IMG/VR virus record: IMGVR_UViG_3300024042_000043
Coordinates: 1-27,954 of that record
Length of the DNA stretch: 27,954 bases
From: a virus
Taxonomy: Duplodnaviria; Caudoviricetes
Reading direction: 5' to 3' (one strand)
Of the stretch, positions 1 to 9,137 are shown one piece after another. Position numbers and translations under genes: made by a program. The notes beneath the pieces are model-generated. The model ran no database searches. It was not told where the DNA came from and saw nothing but the letters and a program-made list of their open reading frames with translations. How positions within the stretch are numbered: the stretch's first letter is position 1; every line of letters begins with the position of its first letter.

Positions 1-669
1 TTATTCTAAACGGATTACGCCTACCACAATAGCAACCTTATATATGGCTGATACAGGTAGGTTAAACGGCGGGTAAAACTCCGAATTGTCCGATTTACAG
101 ATCAATACATCCTTTTTATCTGGGTTTTCAAACAAGCGTTTTACAATGGCTCCCTGTTCCGTGTCTAGCACATAAGGTTTGCCCCACTGTACAAAACTGA
201 GATCCTTAAGCGGCTTGCAGGCCAGTAAATCTCCACTGGCATATTTGGGATACATGGAATTTCCAGCAACAGAAATCAAGTATTTTGCGCCTCTTTTTTC
301 AAACAAAGGAACTTCATAGTAATCTGTCACCTCATTTTCGCTAACCTGGATATCACCATTCCCAAAACCAGCCATGGCATCAATAGGAATAAGTGGCAAA
401 CCTAATCCGTTACTGCTTTCCTTTTTAATAAGACGTTTAGAACCATAAGGTGCTTGAGATTCTCTAACAACCATACTCTGGCCACCTTCAATCAAATCAT
501 AAACACTTTTATTTATTGATTTAGCTATCTCTTCAATGAGCGACAGCTTTAAATCATCAGAATTAAGTTTACTTTGAAGGTTTTGAGGAGACACCCCCAT
601 ACTCCTAGCAATCTCAGCCAATTCAATATTATATTTTTTTAGCTTGATTTTCAGTTCGTTGCCAGTCAT
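1..669 (-). CDS. CI/LexA-like phage repressor (N-terminal HTH + S24 peptidase domain)
   Basis: HTH (LAEIARSMGVSPQNLQSKL); S24 motifs AG cleavage site (AMAGFG), catalytic Ser (GNSMYP) and Lys (IVKRL); divergent from early operon. ATG at 669 preferred over TTG at 678. Confidence 0.9.
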   Translation of the reverse strand: MTGNELKIKLKKYNIELAEIARSMGVSPQNLQSKLNSDDLKLSLIEEIAKSINKSVYDLIEGGQSMVVRESQAPYGSKRLIKKESSNGLGLPLIPIDAMAGFGNGDIQVSENEVTDYYEVPLFEKRGAKYLISVAGNSMYPKYASGDLLACKPLKDLSFVQWGKPYVLDTEQGAIVKRLFENPDKKDVLICKSDNSEFYPPFNLPVSAIYKVAIVVGVIRLE

Positions 670-670
670 G

Positions 671-750
671 ATAAACAAATTAATTTATAATCGCTTTTTT
701 ATATAAACAAAACTATTTATTTTTGCGTATACTATTTACAAATATGTAAA
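671..750. promoter_or_regulatory. Divergent immunity region: operator-like repeats and rightward -7 promoter
   Basis: ATAAACAA-N2-TTGTTTAT-like sites at 671-688 and 703-720; TATTTTTG (TAnnTTTG) at 718-725; inverted repeat TTTACA-AATA-TGTAAA at 735-750. Confidence 0.65.
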
Positions 751-755
751 CAATT

Positions 756-956
756 ATGCACCCATCCAAAGAACTAATTAAATATCCTGAAAACCTCGTA
801 CTGGCTGAGGCGCTAAAGCAAACAGGCATCAGTTATAAACACATTGCCAAAAGAATTAACGTAAGTCGCGTATACCTGAGCAGAGTGCTCAACGGAAAAG
901 ACAAAGGCGGACAAATTATCGGAAAACTAAAAGAGATCGCAGAACTAACCCAATAA
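756..956 (+). CDS. Ner/Cro-like XRE HTH regulator
   Basis: 66 aa, HTH (SYKHIAKRINVSRVYLSRVLNG); first early gene opposite repressor. Confidence 0.8.
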   Translation: MHPSKELIKYPENLVLAEALKQTGISYKHIAKRINVSRVYLSRVLNGKDKGGQIIGKLKEIAELTQ

Positions 957-959
957 ACA

Positions 960-3020
960 ATGAGCAGCTCTCCCTACGAAATACACAACAATCATTACGG
1001 CGTAAGGCTAAGCTTTATTGTCAGCGACCACCATCGCCGACATAAAGAAAGCGTAAAACTATTGGCTTATGATGCCTATAAAAAAAGAGCTTCACGCAAA
1101 GAAGGCTTTAGGCTTAGAGAAGGAAAAGGCTTGGGAAACGAAGCGCTCATCAATTTCGAAAAACTTAGCCTCACCGAACAACAAGCGTTGGTAGACCGAT
1201 GGGGAGAGCCTGCCAAAACAGCCAAGATCCACCAGTTTAAAGATTTCATTGAAGAAGATGCTGCAGCTATCACTTTCTTCAGCGCTTATCGCTTATCAGA
1301 CAAACGCAGTTTACCTAACGATGTAATCCTCGAATACACCACAAACGCCCACGTTTTGAACGCATGCCATACCATTATCACCAACAGTGCCGCACGACGC
1401 AAAGCCATGGGCGGTGTTCGTGCCAATCTTTGGACCAGGCTTACCGATTGCATCATCAACCTTAACAAAAAAGAATTTCCTCACACGCTTCCTGCAAACC
1501 CTCGTCGATTGCAAGAAAAATACAGGAATTACAAAAAGGAAGGCTATACCACTTTGATACACAAAGGATTTTGCAACAACAACAGCCGTAAAGTCACTGT
1601 AGATATCGAAAGGCTGATCCTAAGCCTATATGTACAAAGCAATAAGCCCTATGTTACAGAGGTAGCCAGCGATTATTGGAGGTTTTTGGCGGGTGATATC
1701 GACATTGTAGATTTTAAAACGGGCGAAATATACGATCGCAAGCATTTTTACGAGAATGGGCAGCCGATCACCTTAAGCGAGGCCACCATTTGGAACTACA
1801 TCAACCAACCCTCTAACCGGGCAATTGTTGACAAATACAGGATGGACAGCCAAACTTACCAAAGTGTACACGGCCCACACCATCATCGCCATGCGCCCAA
1901 TTATTCGTTCAGTAAAATTTCAATGGACGACAGGGATCTGCCTAGAAAAACACCAAACGGAAAACGGGTTAAAGCTTATTATGCTTACGATGTGGCCAGT
2001 GGCTGTATCATTGGTTTTGCGCACAGCTTATCTAAAACAACAGACCTGTTTATCAACTGCATGCGCAATATGTTCCATTTCCTAGACTACAACGGTTACG
2101 GAATGCCTTTGCAAGTAGAAGTTGAGCATCACCTGGTAAACAATTTTAAAGATGACCTGATGAAAGCCGGAGTAGTTTTTCCTTTTGTGCGCTGGTGTAA
2201 CGCGGGCAATTCACAGGAAAAATGGGCAGAGACCGGAAACCGAATCAAGAAATACGGTTTCGAAAAAAGACATCAAGACGGGATAGGCCGCTTTTACGCC
2301 AAACTAGAGGCCAACAGAACCAAAAGCGAGAAAATATTTGATGCAGATAATGACAACTACAAAGAAAAAACTTACGCATACGAAGTTTTAGTGGCCGATG
2401 ACCTGGAGATCATAGAGAAGTACAACAATGCGCTACATCCAAACCAAAAAAAATACAAGGACTTAACCAGAGCGCAGGTGCTAAAGATGTACGCAAACCC
2501 GCAAATGGCCCATATCGACAGGCCGCTATTGATGAGATACATTGGAAACAGCACCGCAACAACGATCAGGAGAAATCAATACGTAGCGGTTAGGCAAGCC
2601 AAGTATGCTCTGCCCTCCCCAGAAGTGATGGAACAGCTACTTCCAAATAATTATGAGGTCATCGCCTATCACTTACAGAATGAGCAAAACGAAGTGGATC
2701 ATGTATATCTCTACCAGAATGAAGTCTTCATTTGCAAATGCGACAAAATAAAAGCCTATAACACGGCCAATGCCGAATGGCTTGATCGAGACGTAAATCA
2801 TTACCAGGAACAGGCCAAATACGTTTCGAAGTTCAACCAACAAATTAAAGAGGGTAAAAACGAATTGGGAAGGCTGAAACTGATGGAAAAGATTGGACAT
2901 GAACATGACACTCCCGTAGAGATTATCCTACCAAAAGTGTCCGAGTCCGTCCAAATCATACATTTCGACGAAGAATACGACAACGATTTTAACAAACTAA
3001 ACGCCATTAACTCACTATAA
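960..3020 (+). CDS. MuA-like DDE transposase/integrase
   Basis: 686 aa uninterrupted; RNase-H-like core (ISMDDRDLP...YYAYDVASGCIIG...EVEHHL...NSQEKWAE); immediately upstream of MuB-like ATPase. Confidence 0.85.
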   Translation: MSSSPYEIHNNHYGVRLSFIVSDHHRRHKESVKLLAYDAYKKRASRKEGFRLREGKGLGNEALINFEKLSLTEQQALVDRWGEPAKTAKIHQFKDFIEEDAAAITFFSAYRLSDKRSLPNDVILEYTTNAHVLNACHTIITNSAARRKAMGGVRANLWTRLTDCIINLNKKEFPHTLPANPRRLQEKYRNYKKEGYTTLIHKGFCNNNSRKVTVDIERLILSLYVQSNKPYVTEVASDYWRFLAGDIDIVDFKTGEIYDRKHFYENGQPITLSEATIWNYINQPSNRAIVDKYRMDSQTYQSVHGPHHHRHAPNYSFSKISMDDRDLPRKTPNGKRVKAYYAYDVASGCIIGFAHSLSKTTDLFINCMRNMFHFLDYNGYGMPLQVEVEHHLVNNFKDDLMKAGVVFPFVRWCNAGNSQEKWAETGNRIKKYGFEKRHQDGIGRFYAKLEANRTKSEKIFDADNDNYKEKTYAYEVLVADDLEIIEKYNNALHPNQKKYKDLTRAQVLKMYANPQMAHIDRPLLMRYIGNSTATTIRRNQYVAVRQAKYALPSPEVMEQLLPNNYEVIAYHLQNEQNEVDHVYLYQNEVFICKCDKIKAYNTANAEWLDRDVNHYQEQAKYVSKFNQQIKEGKNELGRLKLMEKIGHEHDTPVEIILPKVSESVQIIHFDEEYDNDFNKLNAINSL

Positions 3021-3022
3021 CC

Positions 3023-3889
3023 ATGATCACACCAGCCATCAAAGAGAAAATCATAGCAGCCATTAGTGTTCAAAGAAAATTATACAGCAGCGATGCCAAA
3101 CAAGCCGTTGCGCTTGGTATTAACTCCGCACAGTTAAACCGTGTTAAAAAGGGCGAATTTGAAAATGTGCTAAGCAATGCCAACTGGATCAGACTAGCAA
3201 GATTGCTGGACATCCAATTTAACGATGTTCCGCAGTGGGTTACCGCAAAAACACCCACCTATAATTTTATTTACCAGCAGTTAAGCGCATGCCAAACCTC
3301 CAGCCTATCAGCCATGCTCTGTGACTTACCCGGCATTGGGAAAACATACACCGCTAGGCAATACGCAAGAGAAAATATCAACGCCATTTATTTGGATTGC
3401 AGCCAGTACAAATCCAAACAGAAACTCACCCGAGCTATTGCAAAAGAATATGGCGTAACCCATACAGGTAGATATAACGAGGTATATAACGACTTAATCT
3501 ACTATCTATTGAGCATCCCTTCTCCCCTCATCATCCTCGATGAGGTTGGCGACCTAGACTATGCTGCCTTTTTAGAGCTAAAAGCACTATGGAATGCCAC
3601 CGACAAATGCTGTGCTTGGTACATGATGGGCGCCGATGGCTTACGTGAAAAGATAGAACGCAACAAGCACCTGAACAAAGTTGGTTATGCCGAAATTTTT
3701 GATCGATATGGCAATAAATACCAGGAAATAGTCCCCCAAGGCAAAGCAGCACGAGAGGAGTTCCTACTCAAACAAGTGAGCCAGGTAGCCAGGGCCAACG
3801 GCATCCAAGACATCCAAAAATTATATGCCAAATCTGGCTACAGCCTTAGAAGAGTTTACATAGAAGTACAAAAATTAAAAGTAGCCTAA
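3023..3889 (+). CDS. MuB-like AAA+ transposition ATPase
   Basis: N-terminal HTH, Walker A (LPGIGKT), Walker B (LIILDEVG); follows transposase. Confidence 0.85.
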   Translation: MITPAIKEKIIAAISVQRKLYSSDAKQAVALGINSAQLNRVKKGEFENVLSNANWIRLARLLDIQFNDVPQWVTAKTPTYNFIYQQLSACQTSSLSAMLCDLPGIGKTYTARQYARENINAIYLDCSQYKSKQKLTRAIAKEYGVTHTGRYNEVYNDLIYYLLSIPSPLIILDEVGDLDYAAFLELKALWNATDKCCAWYMMGADGLREKIERNKHLNKVGYAEIFDRYGNKYQEIVPQGKAAREEFLLKQVSQVARANGIQDIQKLYAKSGYSLRRVYIEVQKLKVA

Positions 3890-4551
3890 TGGAAATGATA
3901 GCACAAACTAAACGAACCAAATCACTTAACGATCTGCCCAGGGCAAAAAGTGCCAAGGAACTGCAAACCATGAAATTTAAAGTATGGTCGTTCGAAGGAA
4001 AATGGAAAGAATTTTTGGGCACGCCAGAAACTACAGGCTGCTGGATGATTTGGGGAAACTCTTTCAACGGCAAAACAAGCTTTGTCCTGCAGCTATGCAA
4101 GTACCTCTCCAGCTTCGAAAATGTCATTTACGATGATTTAGAAGAAGGCTGGTGCCAAGACACGCAAGATGCCGTTAAAGCCGCTGGCCTTGAAAATGTT
4201 GGGAGCAAGTTCCTACATCTCCACAAAGAGCAGTTGCCTCTTTTGAAAAAACGGCTGCAAAAGCACAAAAGCGCCAACATCGTAGTCATCAACAGCCTGC
4301 AATATGCCGAGCTGAACCTTAAAGGATACATGGAATTACGGGCAATGTTCCCCAAAAAGCTTTTTATCCTGATTAGCCATGCCGAAGGAAAACACCCCGA
4401 AGGAAGAATAGCCAAGCGAATCAGATACGACTGCTCCAAAAAAATTAGGGTTGAAGGCTTTAGGGCATTTGCCCAAGTAAGAGGAAAAGGCCTTGGCCAA
4501 TATGATATATGGCCCGAAGGCGCCGCACAATACTGGAACGAACTACAATAA
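3889..4551 (+). CDS. P-loop ATPase (RecA/KaiC-like), Mu-like early gene
   Basis: Walker A GNSFNGKTS, degenerate Walker B VVINSLQY; TAATG coupling with upstream gene. Confidence 0.75.
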   Translation: MEMIAQTKRTKSLNDLPRAKSAKELQTMKFKVWSFEGKWKEFLGTPETTGCWMIWGNSFNGKTSFVLQLCKYLSSFENVIYDDLEEGWCQDTQDAVKAAGLENVGSKFLHLHKEQLPLLKKRLQKHKSANIVVINSLQYAELNLKGYMELRAMFPKKLFILISHAEGKHPEGRIAKRIRYDCSKKIRVEGFRAFAQVRGKGLGQYDIWPEGAAQYWNELQ

Positions 4552-4561
4552 AACACCAACC

Positions 4562-4918
4562 ATGAGAGATTTTAACAAACATGTGAAACAGATGGCCCAA
4601 CACGTTAACGTAAGCGAAGAGTTTATCAACAACCTTTTCCTAGATACTGCCAATGAATTTTTAAAAGACTATACCAACAACGAAAACCTAGCTACGCTAT
4701 GGAAAGCAACCCCAGAATTTTGGGCTTGGTGGCAACAAATATGGATGAACAGAGATCGGATGATTTTAAAACGGTATCCTCATCGTATCACCGCCAGCCA
4801 CCGCAGTGAAATGTACAAAGTATGGCACAGTCCACAGTTTATGCAGGTACGGCCAAGCCTCAAAGTTTATCAGGCTTTCACATTTATCGCAAAACAAAAA
4901 CGAGTATTCATTAAATAA
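4562..4918 (+). CDS. Hypothetical phage protein (118 aa)
   Basis: ATG at 4562, 10 nt after upstream stop; Trp-rich FWAWWQQIW motif. Confidence 0.65.
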   Translation: MRDFNKHVKQMAQHVNVSEEFINNLFLDTANEFLKDYTNNENLATLWKATPEFWAWWQQIWMNRDRMILKRYPHRITASHRSEMYKVWHSPQFMQVRPSLKVYQAFTFIAKQKRVFIK

Positions 4919-4929
4919 ACAATCAACAC

Positions 4930-5133
4930 ATGATCACCAACCAAAAAGTTGCGTACTACCAAGATAGCGAAGTACGCATTATTAACCACAAACACCCACA
5001 TTTTAATGCCCTAGGCAAAGTGTTAAGAGGCGAACAAACCCCAATGGGCTACGGGCTGGTCGTTAAACGATTCGATACCCAAGAGCTCTTCTTCGTATTG
5101 GACGAAAACGACGTAAAGGTCACCAAACGCTAA
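4930..5133 (+). CDS. Small hypothetical protein (possible SH3/KOW-like beta barrel)
   Basis: 67 aa, tight operon spacing. Confidence 0.6.
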   Translation: MITNQKVAYYQDSEVRIINHKHPHFNALGKVLRGEQTPMGYGLVVKRFDTQELFFVLDENDVKVTKR

Positions 5134-5300
5134 TGTTACAGCACCAAATCAAAACGCTCGACACTAAAATACAGGTCAAAGCTGATGAACTAAAAAGCCC
5201 CAAGTTAAGCCCACAGGAGAGATTAACAAAAACCAGAGAGCTGATCGACCTTTTTAAAGAGCAAAACAAATTGTTAAAGCAAATATTTACAAAACCCTAA
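5133..5300 (+). CDS. Small helical hypothetical protein (55 aa; not in ORF track)
   Basis: TAATG overlap with upstream stop; MLQHQIKTLDTKIQVKADELK...QIFTKP*; ends 4 nt before next ATG. Confidence 0.7.
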   Translation: MLQHQIKTLDTKIQVKADELKSPKLSPQERLTKTRELIDLFKEQNKLLKQIFTKP

Positions 5301-5304
5301 GCAC

Positions 5305-5949
5305 ATGAACAACAACACCATCAACGAGTTAAGCACAAAAGAGTTAGAAGCATTATTAATCAGTCGTAAAAAGCAGGAAAACGCAAAGAGAGAAGCCGAT
5401 AAGAAAGTATACGTAGGTCAAAGGGACTATATCATTGATGAGTTGTTCTCAGAAGCGAAGGAATTGGCCCTTTCAGTAGGCAGGTTCAAACAAAAAATGC
5501 ATTCGGCAATGGATCTCCAAAAACAAAAACTGGAAGCATACGGTGCTATCAGAAGCAATAGCAAGGGCGGTTTTTCAATTTTTCACAGTGATGGCATTAC
5601 ACAAATCACCCGCAGAAGAGATACCGACCCCGTTTGGGATGAAAGGGCACATAAAGCTGTTGAGCTCATCAAAGATTTTTTGAGCGATACCGTTAAAAAA
5701 CGTGACGCCAAATTACACAGCATCCTTTTAGGCTTTTTGGAGCGCAATGCCAAAGGCGATTTAGAATACGCCAAGGTAATGGATCTGCTTAACCACGAAG
5801 ATAAGTTTGAAGATGCCCGTTGGTTAGAAGGCCTACGCCTAATCAAAGAAAGTTACTCGCAAAGTTTTAAAGCTTTTGGTTACGAGTTTAAACAGAAAGA
5901 CAACTATGGAAAATGGAAGGCCTTGGCGCTTAATTTTTCTAGCTTGTAA
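5305..5949 (+). CDS. DUF3164-like Mu-type early protein
   Basis: 214 aa, N-terminal coiled coil, C-terminal ..GKWKALALNFSSL resembling DUF3164 proteins of Mu-like prophages. Confidence 0.75.
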   Translation: MNNNTINELSTKELEALLISRKKQENAKREADKKVYVGQRDYIIDELFSEAKELALSVGRFKQKMHSAMDLQKQKLEAYGAIRSNSKGGFSIFHSDGITQITRRRDTDPVWDERAHKAVELIKDFLSDTVKKRDAKLHSILLGFLERNAKGDLEYAKVMDLLNHEDKFEDARWLEGLRLIKESYSQSFKAFGYEFKQKDNYGKWKALALNFSSL

Positions 5950-5978
5950 TTTATCGGTTAATTAACCGATAAATTACA
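5945..5978. repeat. Perfect 34-bp palindrome at end of early operon (hairpin/terminator or binding site)
   Basis: TGTAATTTATCGGTTAA|TTAACCGATAAATTACA, no spacer. Confidence 0.85.
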
Positions 5979-6261
5979 TTCTACTAATGATGGCTTTTAG
6001 GAAGGTTAAATATCATAGTTCCGATAGTTGAAAAAGGACATGAAACGATAATATTTTTAACGTAGCTTCATAAATCATTACTAGCTCCAAATTCTTAGTT
6101 TTTAGCTCGCCGTCATTATCCTAGTTCTTTTCGAATATGGACAAATTATTAATGTCTATCTGGCATTGGATAATCTTGCGTTTTTCATGTTAAAACTTTT
6201 CCTGTAGAAATTCTTGAGGCATTAATTAATCTCTTTCGGCAAAACCAATAGCTTTTAAAAA

Positions 6262-6292
6262 TAAAAAATCCGCTGGTAAATTCCAGCGGATT
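6262..6292 (-). terminator. Rho-independent terminator of the 560-aa gene
   Basis: AATCCGCTGG-6 nt loop-CCAGCGGATT stem followed by a T-run on the minus strand, 17 nt after the stop. Confidence 0.8.
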
Positions 6293-6309
6293 AAAGTTAC
6301 TTTAATTAC

Positions 6310-7992
6310 CTATTCAGTACTTTCATCAACCCAAGTAGTTCCGCTCCATCGGTAAGCCATAAAGTGTGACTTGCCGTAAGATATAAATGTCCCTGCTGAG
6401 TTTTGAATTTCTATATAACTCGATGGAAAAGGATCACTGGCTGCTATGGATATAATCTCTACCAAATCTCCGATAGTGGGATTAGCTGGCATCTTAAAAA
6501 CGGTGAGTGACCCTATTTCTGATGGTTTATAAATATACAATTTTTTATACCTAGAGGGAGAGGTTGCTACCGTAACGGTTGTCCCTGAAATATCAGCACC
6601 GTGATAAGCCGCTGTTTGAATGGCTGTCATGGCCAATACCTGCTCCATAGTCACCAACGTACCGGTAACAGCAGGCAACGTTGTGGTTACATTACCCCCC
6701 AACAAATTAGGTTTAATCGTATTTCCTATATTATCCTGAGTTAAGCTTAATGTCGGTACGGCTTCACCCAAATTGACTAAAAAGGCATTATTTTTAGCAG
6801 CAGCATTAAATACGTTACTAGCTATTTGACCAGCACCGAAAGTAGCACTTCCACCATTGCCAATAAACCCTAATTGACCATAATTAATATAAGCATAATT
6901 AGTATTTTCAGAATCAGGGTGTTTAAAAATAAAACCATCCTCACTAGTAAATGTCCCCTCCCCAGTAAACTTTGGGCTATCGGCAGTAATACTTCCAATA
7001 AATATAGCATTACCGTTAACTTCCAATTTTTCACTAATAGGTGTCATACCTATTCCCACATTGCCTGTGAACCTAGTCTCTGCTATAGAGGCATTTAAAA
7101 AATCGGTTATGAATTGGGTTTCGCTTCCTCCTGATATTTTTAAATTATATGGGGTAACAATGTTAAACACATCGCTATTCATAAACATCTTACCCTCATA
7201 CATAAACTCGTCAGGGTTGTACACTTTAAATTCACCATTTACAAACTGGTTACCACTAAACGTATTTCCACCCACTAAATTGGCTTTACCGGTTACGCTG
7301 GGGATTTCAGATGTCAAAGCTAAAGTTCCAGAAGCTGAGGGTAATTGAATATTTGTAGCACCCGATGAAATGGTCTGTCCTCTAAGCACCGTCTCTCCAC
7401 TACCATTGTACCTAAACCGAATACCGTCATTCGAGAAATTGGTTCTTATATTCCCTGATAAATTGGAGAATTGCATCCCGTCTCCCCTCAAATAACCGTT
7501 ATAACTATTGTTTACGCTAGAGAAGCTGACCTGATTATTATTTGGCAAAATTAGCGACCCCATCAACGTCAAGTTCCCATTTTTAGTTTCAGCGCCTGTC
7601 GTATGCAACAATTCAGCATTGTCGGGTATGGAAGGCTTATCCTGCAAATCGTTATAGCTTCTGGCTGGTATCTGATTAATATTGGTGATGTTGGCTGTGG
7701 GAGTATAAGGCACCCAATCCACATCGGTCAATCCCACACCCAATGTATAGGTACTGTCTACGCTGGCCGACTTAACCCGCACCAACATTCCCGCTTTCCT
7801 ACGTGCAGTGGGAATAGCATTTCGCTCTTGCCAACTTGTGGCGGTCATTAAACCACCACGGCCCAAGCTATCAACATGGGTAGGATATTTATCCGTGGCT
7901 CCATTGGGCTCTATCTTGCCCAAAACTTTTACCTGGGCATTCGTGAATTGATAGGCCAGGACTAAAATTAAAATAAGGAGTGTTTTTTTCAT
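6310..7992 (-). CDS. Signal-peptide-bearing tail-fibre-like protein, paralog 1 (inverted orphan)
   Basis: SPI signal (..FTNA|Q); 64-aa N-domain 56/64 identical to 20928 product; fibre-type GKANLVGGNTFSGNQ and LPSASGTLAL motifs. Confidence 0.75.
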   Translation of the reverse strand: MKKTLLILILVLAYQFTNAQVKVLGKIEPNGATDKYPTHVDSLGRGGLMTATSWQERNAIPTARRKAGMLVRVKSASVDSTYTLGVGLTDVDWVPYTPTANITNINQIPARSYNDLQDKPSIPDNAELLHTTGAETKNGNLTLMGSLILPNNNQVSFSSVNNSYNGYLRGDGMQFSNLSGNIRTNFSNDGIRFRYNGSGETVLRGQTISSGATNIQLPSASGTLALTSEIPSVTGKANLVGGNTFSGNQFVNGEFKVYNPDEFMYEGKMFMNSDVFNIVTPYNLKISGGSETQFITDFLNASIAETRFTGNVGIGMTPISEKLEVNGNAIFIGSITADSPKFTGEGTFTSEDGFIFKHPDSENTNYAYINYGQLGFIGNGGSATFGAGQIASNVFNAAAKNNAFLVNLGEAVPTLSLTQDNIGNTIKPNLLGGNVTTTLPAVTGTLVTMEQVLAMTAIQTAAYHGADISGTTVTVATSPSRYKKLYIYKPSEIGSLTVFKMPANPTIGDLVEIISIAASDPFPSSYIEIQNSAGTFISYGKSHFMAYRWSGTTWVDESTE

Positions 7993-8066
7993 TTTAAATA
8001 TAATTGTTTATAAAATCGATTAATTGACTGAATTTTAGTATAAAAAGGAGTAAATTTTTGCTTATC

Positions 8067-8091
8067 ATAAACAAAATTGTTTATTTTTGTG
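8067..8091 (+). promoter_or_regulatory. Palindromic operator overlapping -7 promoter of the Mor-like gene
   Basis: ATAAACAA-AA-TTGTTTAT perfect 8-bp arms (8067-8084) plus TATTTTTG (8082-8089); 22/25 identical to 703-727. Confidence 0.7.
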
Positions 8092-8093
8092 CT

Positions 8094-8273
8094 ATGACAA
8101 AGACTTATCTAAAAGACCGAAACCAAGCCCTTAGGCGATATTTTGATGATTTATGCAAAAAGCATCCTGAGTGGAGGCTTGATGCGCTGGAAGAAAAAAC
8201 CGCTAAACAGTTTTATATATCCCAACGCACCGTAAGGGCCATCCTTAAAGAGCAAGGTTGCTATGGTGTCTAA
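8094..8273 (+). CDS. Mor/C-like small HTH transcription regulator (putative late activator)
   Basis: 59 aa from ATG 8094; RN..LR..F and C-terminal HTH AKQFYISQRTVRAIL; position between early and late modules. Confidence 0.65.
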   Translation: MTKTYLKDRNQALRRYFDDLCKKHPEWRLDALEEKTAKQFYISQRTVRAILKEQGCYGV

Positions 8274-8285
8274 TACCCAATCTTG

Positions 8286-8768
8286 CTATACAAAACTAAT
8301 GGTGGTAACAGGGTTGGCAACCTCTTGATACCTTGCCGCAGTTCTTTTATAAATGGTAGCAATAAAGGAAAGTTTGTAGGCCAGCAAACCATCCACGTCG
8401 GTTTCTATTGCTTCATCTAAAATTTGCTCCAGAGGCTTAAATAACTCCCCTTTTAAAAACCTCAGCTTCGCTGTGATGGTATCTATCAGGTCCATTGCTA
8501 CTAAAGCGTCTACCCCTTCTACTTCTGGATCTGGATGGGTTTCAAATAAATAAAGAGTGGCCTCAACCAAGGCACTTCCCTCCTGCATTTGCTCACTCAT
8601 GGCGTCCCACTGAATGGAAACCACCTTTACCAAACAAGCCACCGCATATGGCGGATAACTTGCTTTTCCAGGAGCAAACTGGTTACGCTGCAAATCCACA
8701 TATGTCATCTCAGGGATGGTCAGCAGCTCCTCTTTTATCGCTAAATAAATTTCTTTTCTTGGTGTCAT
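8286..8768 (-). CDS. Putative tail completion/terminator protein (Mu gp37-like)
   Basis: 160 aa, acidic; sequence pattern (YVDL...YPP..V..W...YKLSF) and context resemble tail-terminator proteins. Confidence 0.5.
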   Translation of the reverse strand: MTPRKEIYLAIKEELLTIPEMTYVDLQRNQFAPGKASYPPYAVACLVKVVSIQWDAMSEQMQEGSALVEATLYLFETHPDPEVEGVDALVAMDLIDTITAKLRFLKGELFKPLEQILDEAIETDVDGLLAYKLSFIATIYKRTAARYQEVANPVTTISFV

Positions 8769-8796
8769 AAATTCTGGTGTTAAATTTTTCGGCAGG

Positions 8797-9078
8797 TTAT
8801 CTATAATTTGCTTTCACCACTAGGGTATTTTCGTCACTAAATCTCAGCTCTTCCACCGCCATCCCGTCATATTCAAAATTGCGCCTTGCCTCTATCAGCA
8901 TGGCCACCATTTCTTCACTGTTAATAAGGCTAAGCATCCCTACGCCCAGCTCAGGGAATTGCTTGTATTCGCCTTTCTCAGCAATTAAAATATACTTCTG
9001 GTGATACTCGTCACTAAAGCCTACCATGAGGTCTCCTGCCTCAAATTCCAATTCGTCGTTAATAATAAAATCTTGCAT
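8797..9078 (-). CDS. gp25/GPW-like baseplate wedge / sheath initiator
   Basis: 93 aa; GDL.VG.SD..H...IL...KGEYKQFPELGVG motif typical of gp25-like proteins. Confidence 0.7.
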   Translation of the reverse strand: MQDFIINDELEFEAGDLMVGFSDEYHQKYILIAEKGEYKQFPELGVGMLSLINSEEMVAMLIEARRNFEYDGMAVEELRFSDENTLVVKANYR

Positions 9079-9137
9079 TTTTTGATCTCTGTTTAGGACA
9101 AATCTCCAGCTATTTTAAGAATACAAAAAAAGTTAAA

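Noticed and set aside
5980-6260. Possible gene remnant in the AT-rich spacer
   Set aside because: Only short interrupted frames, with no recognisable protein similarity
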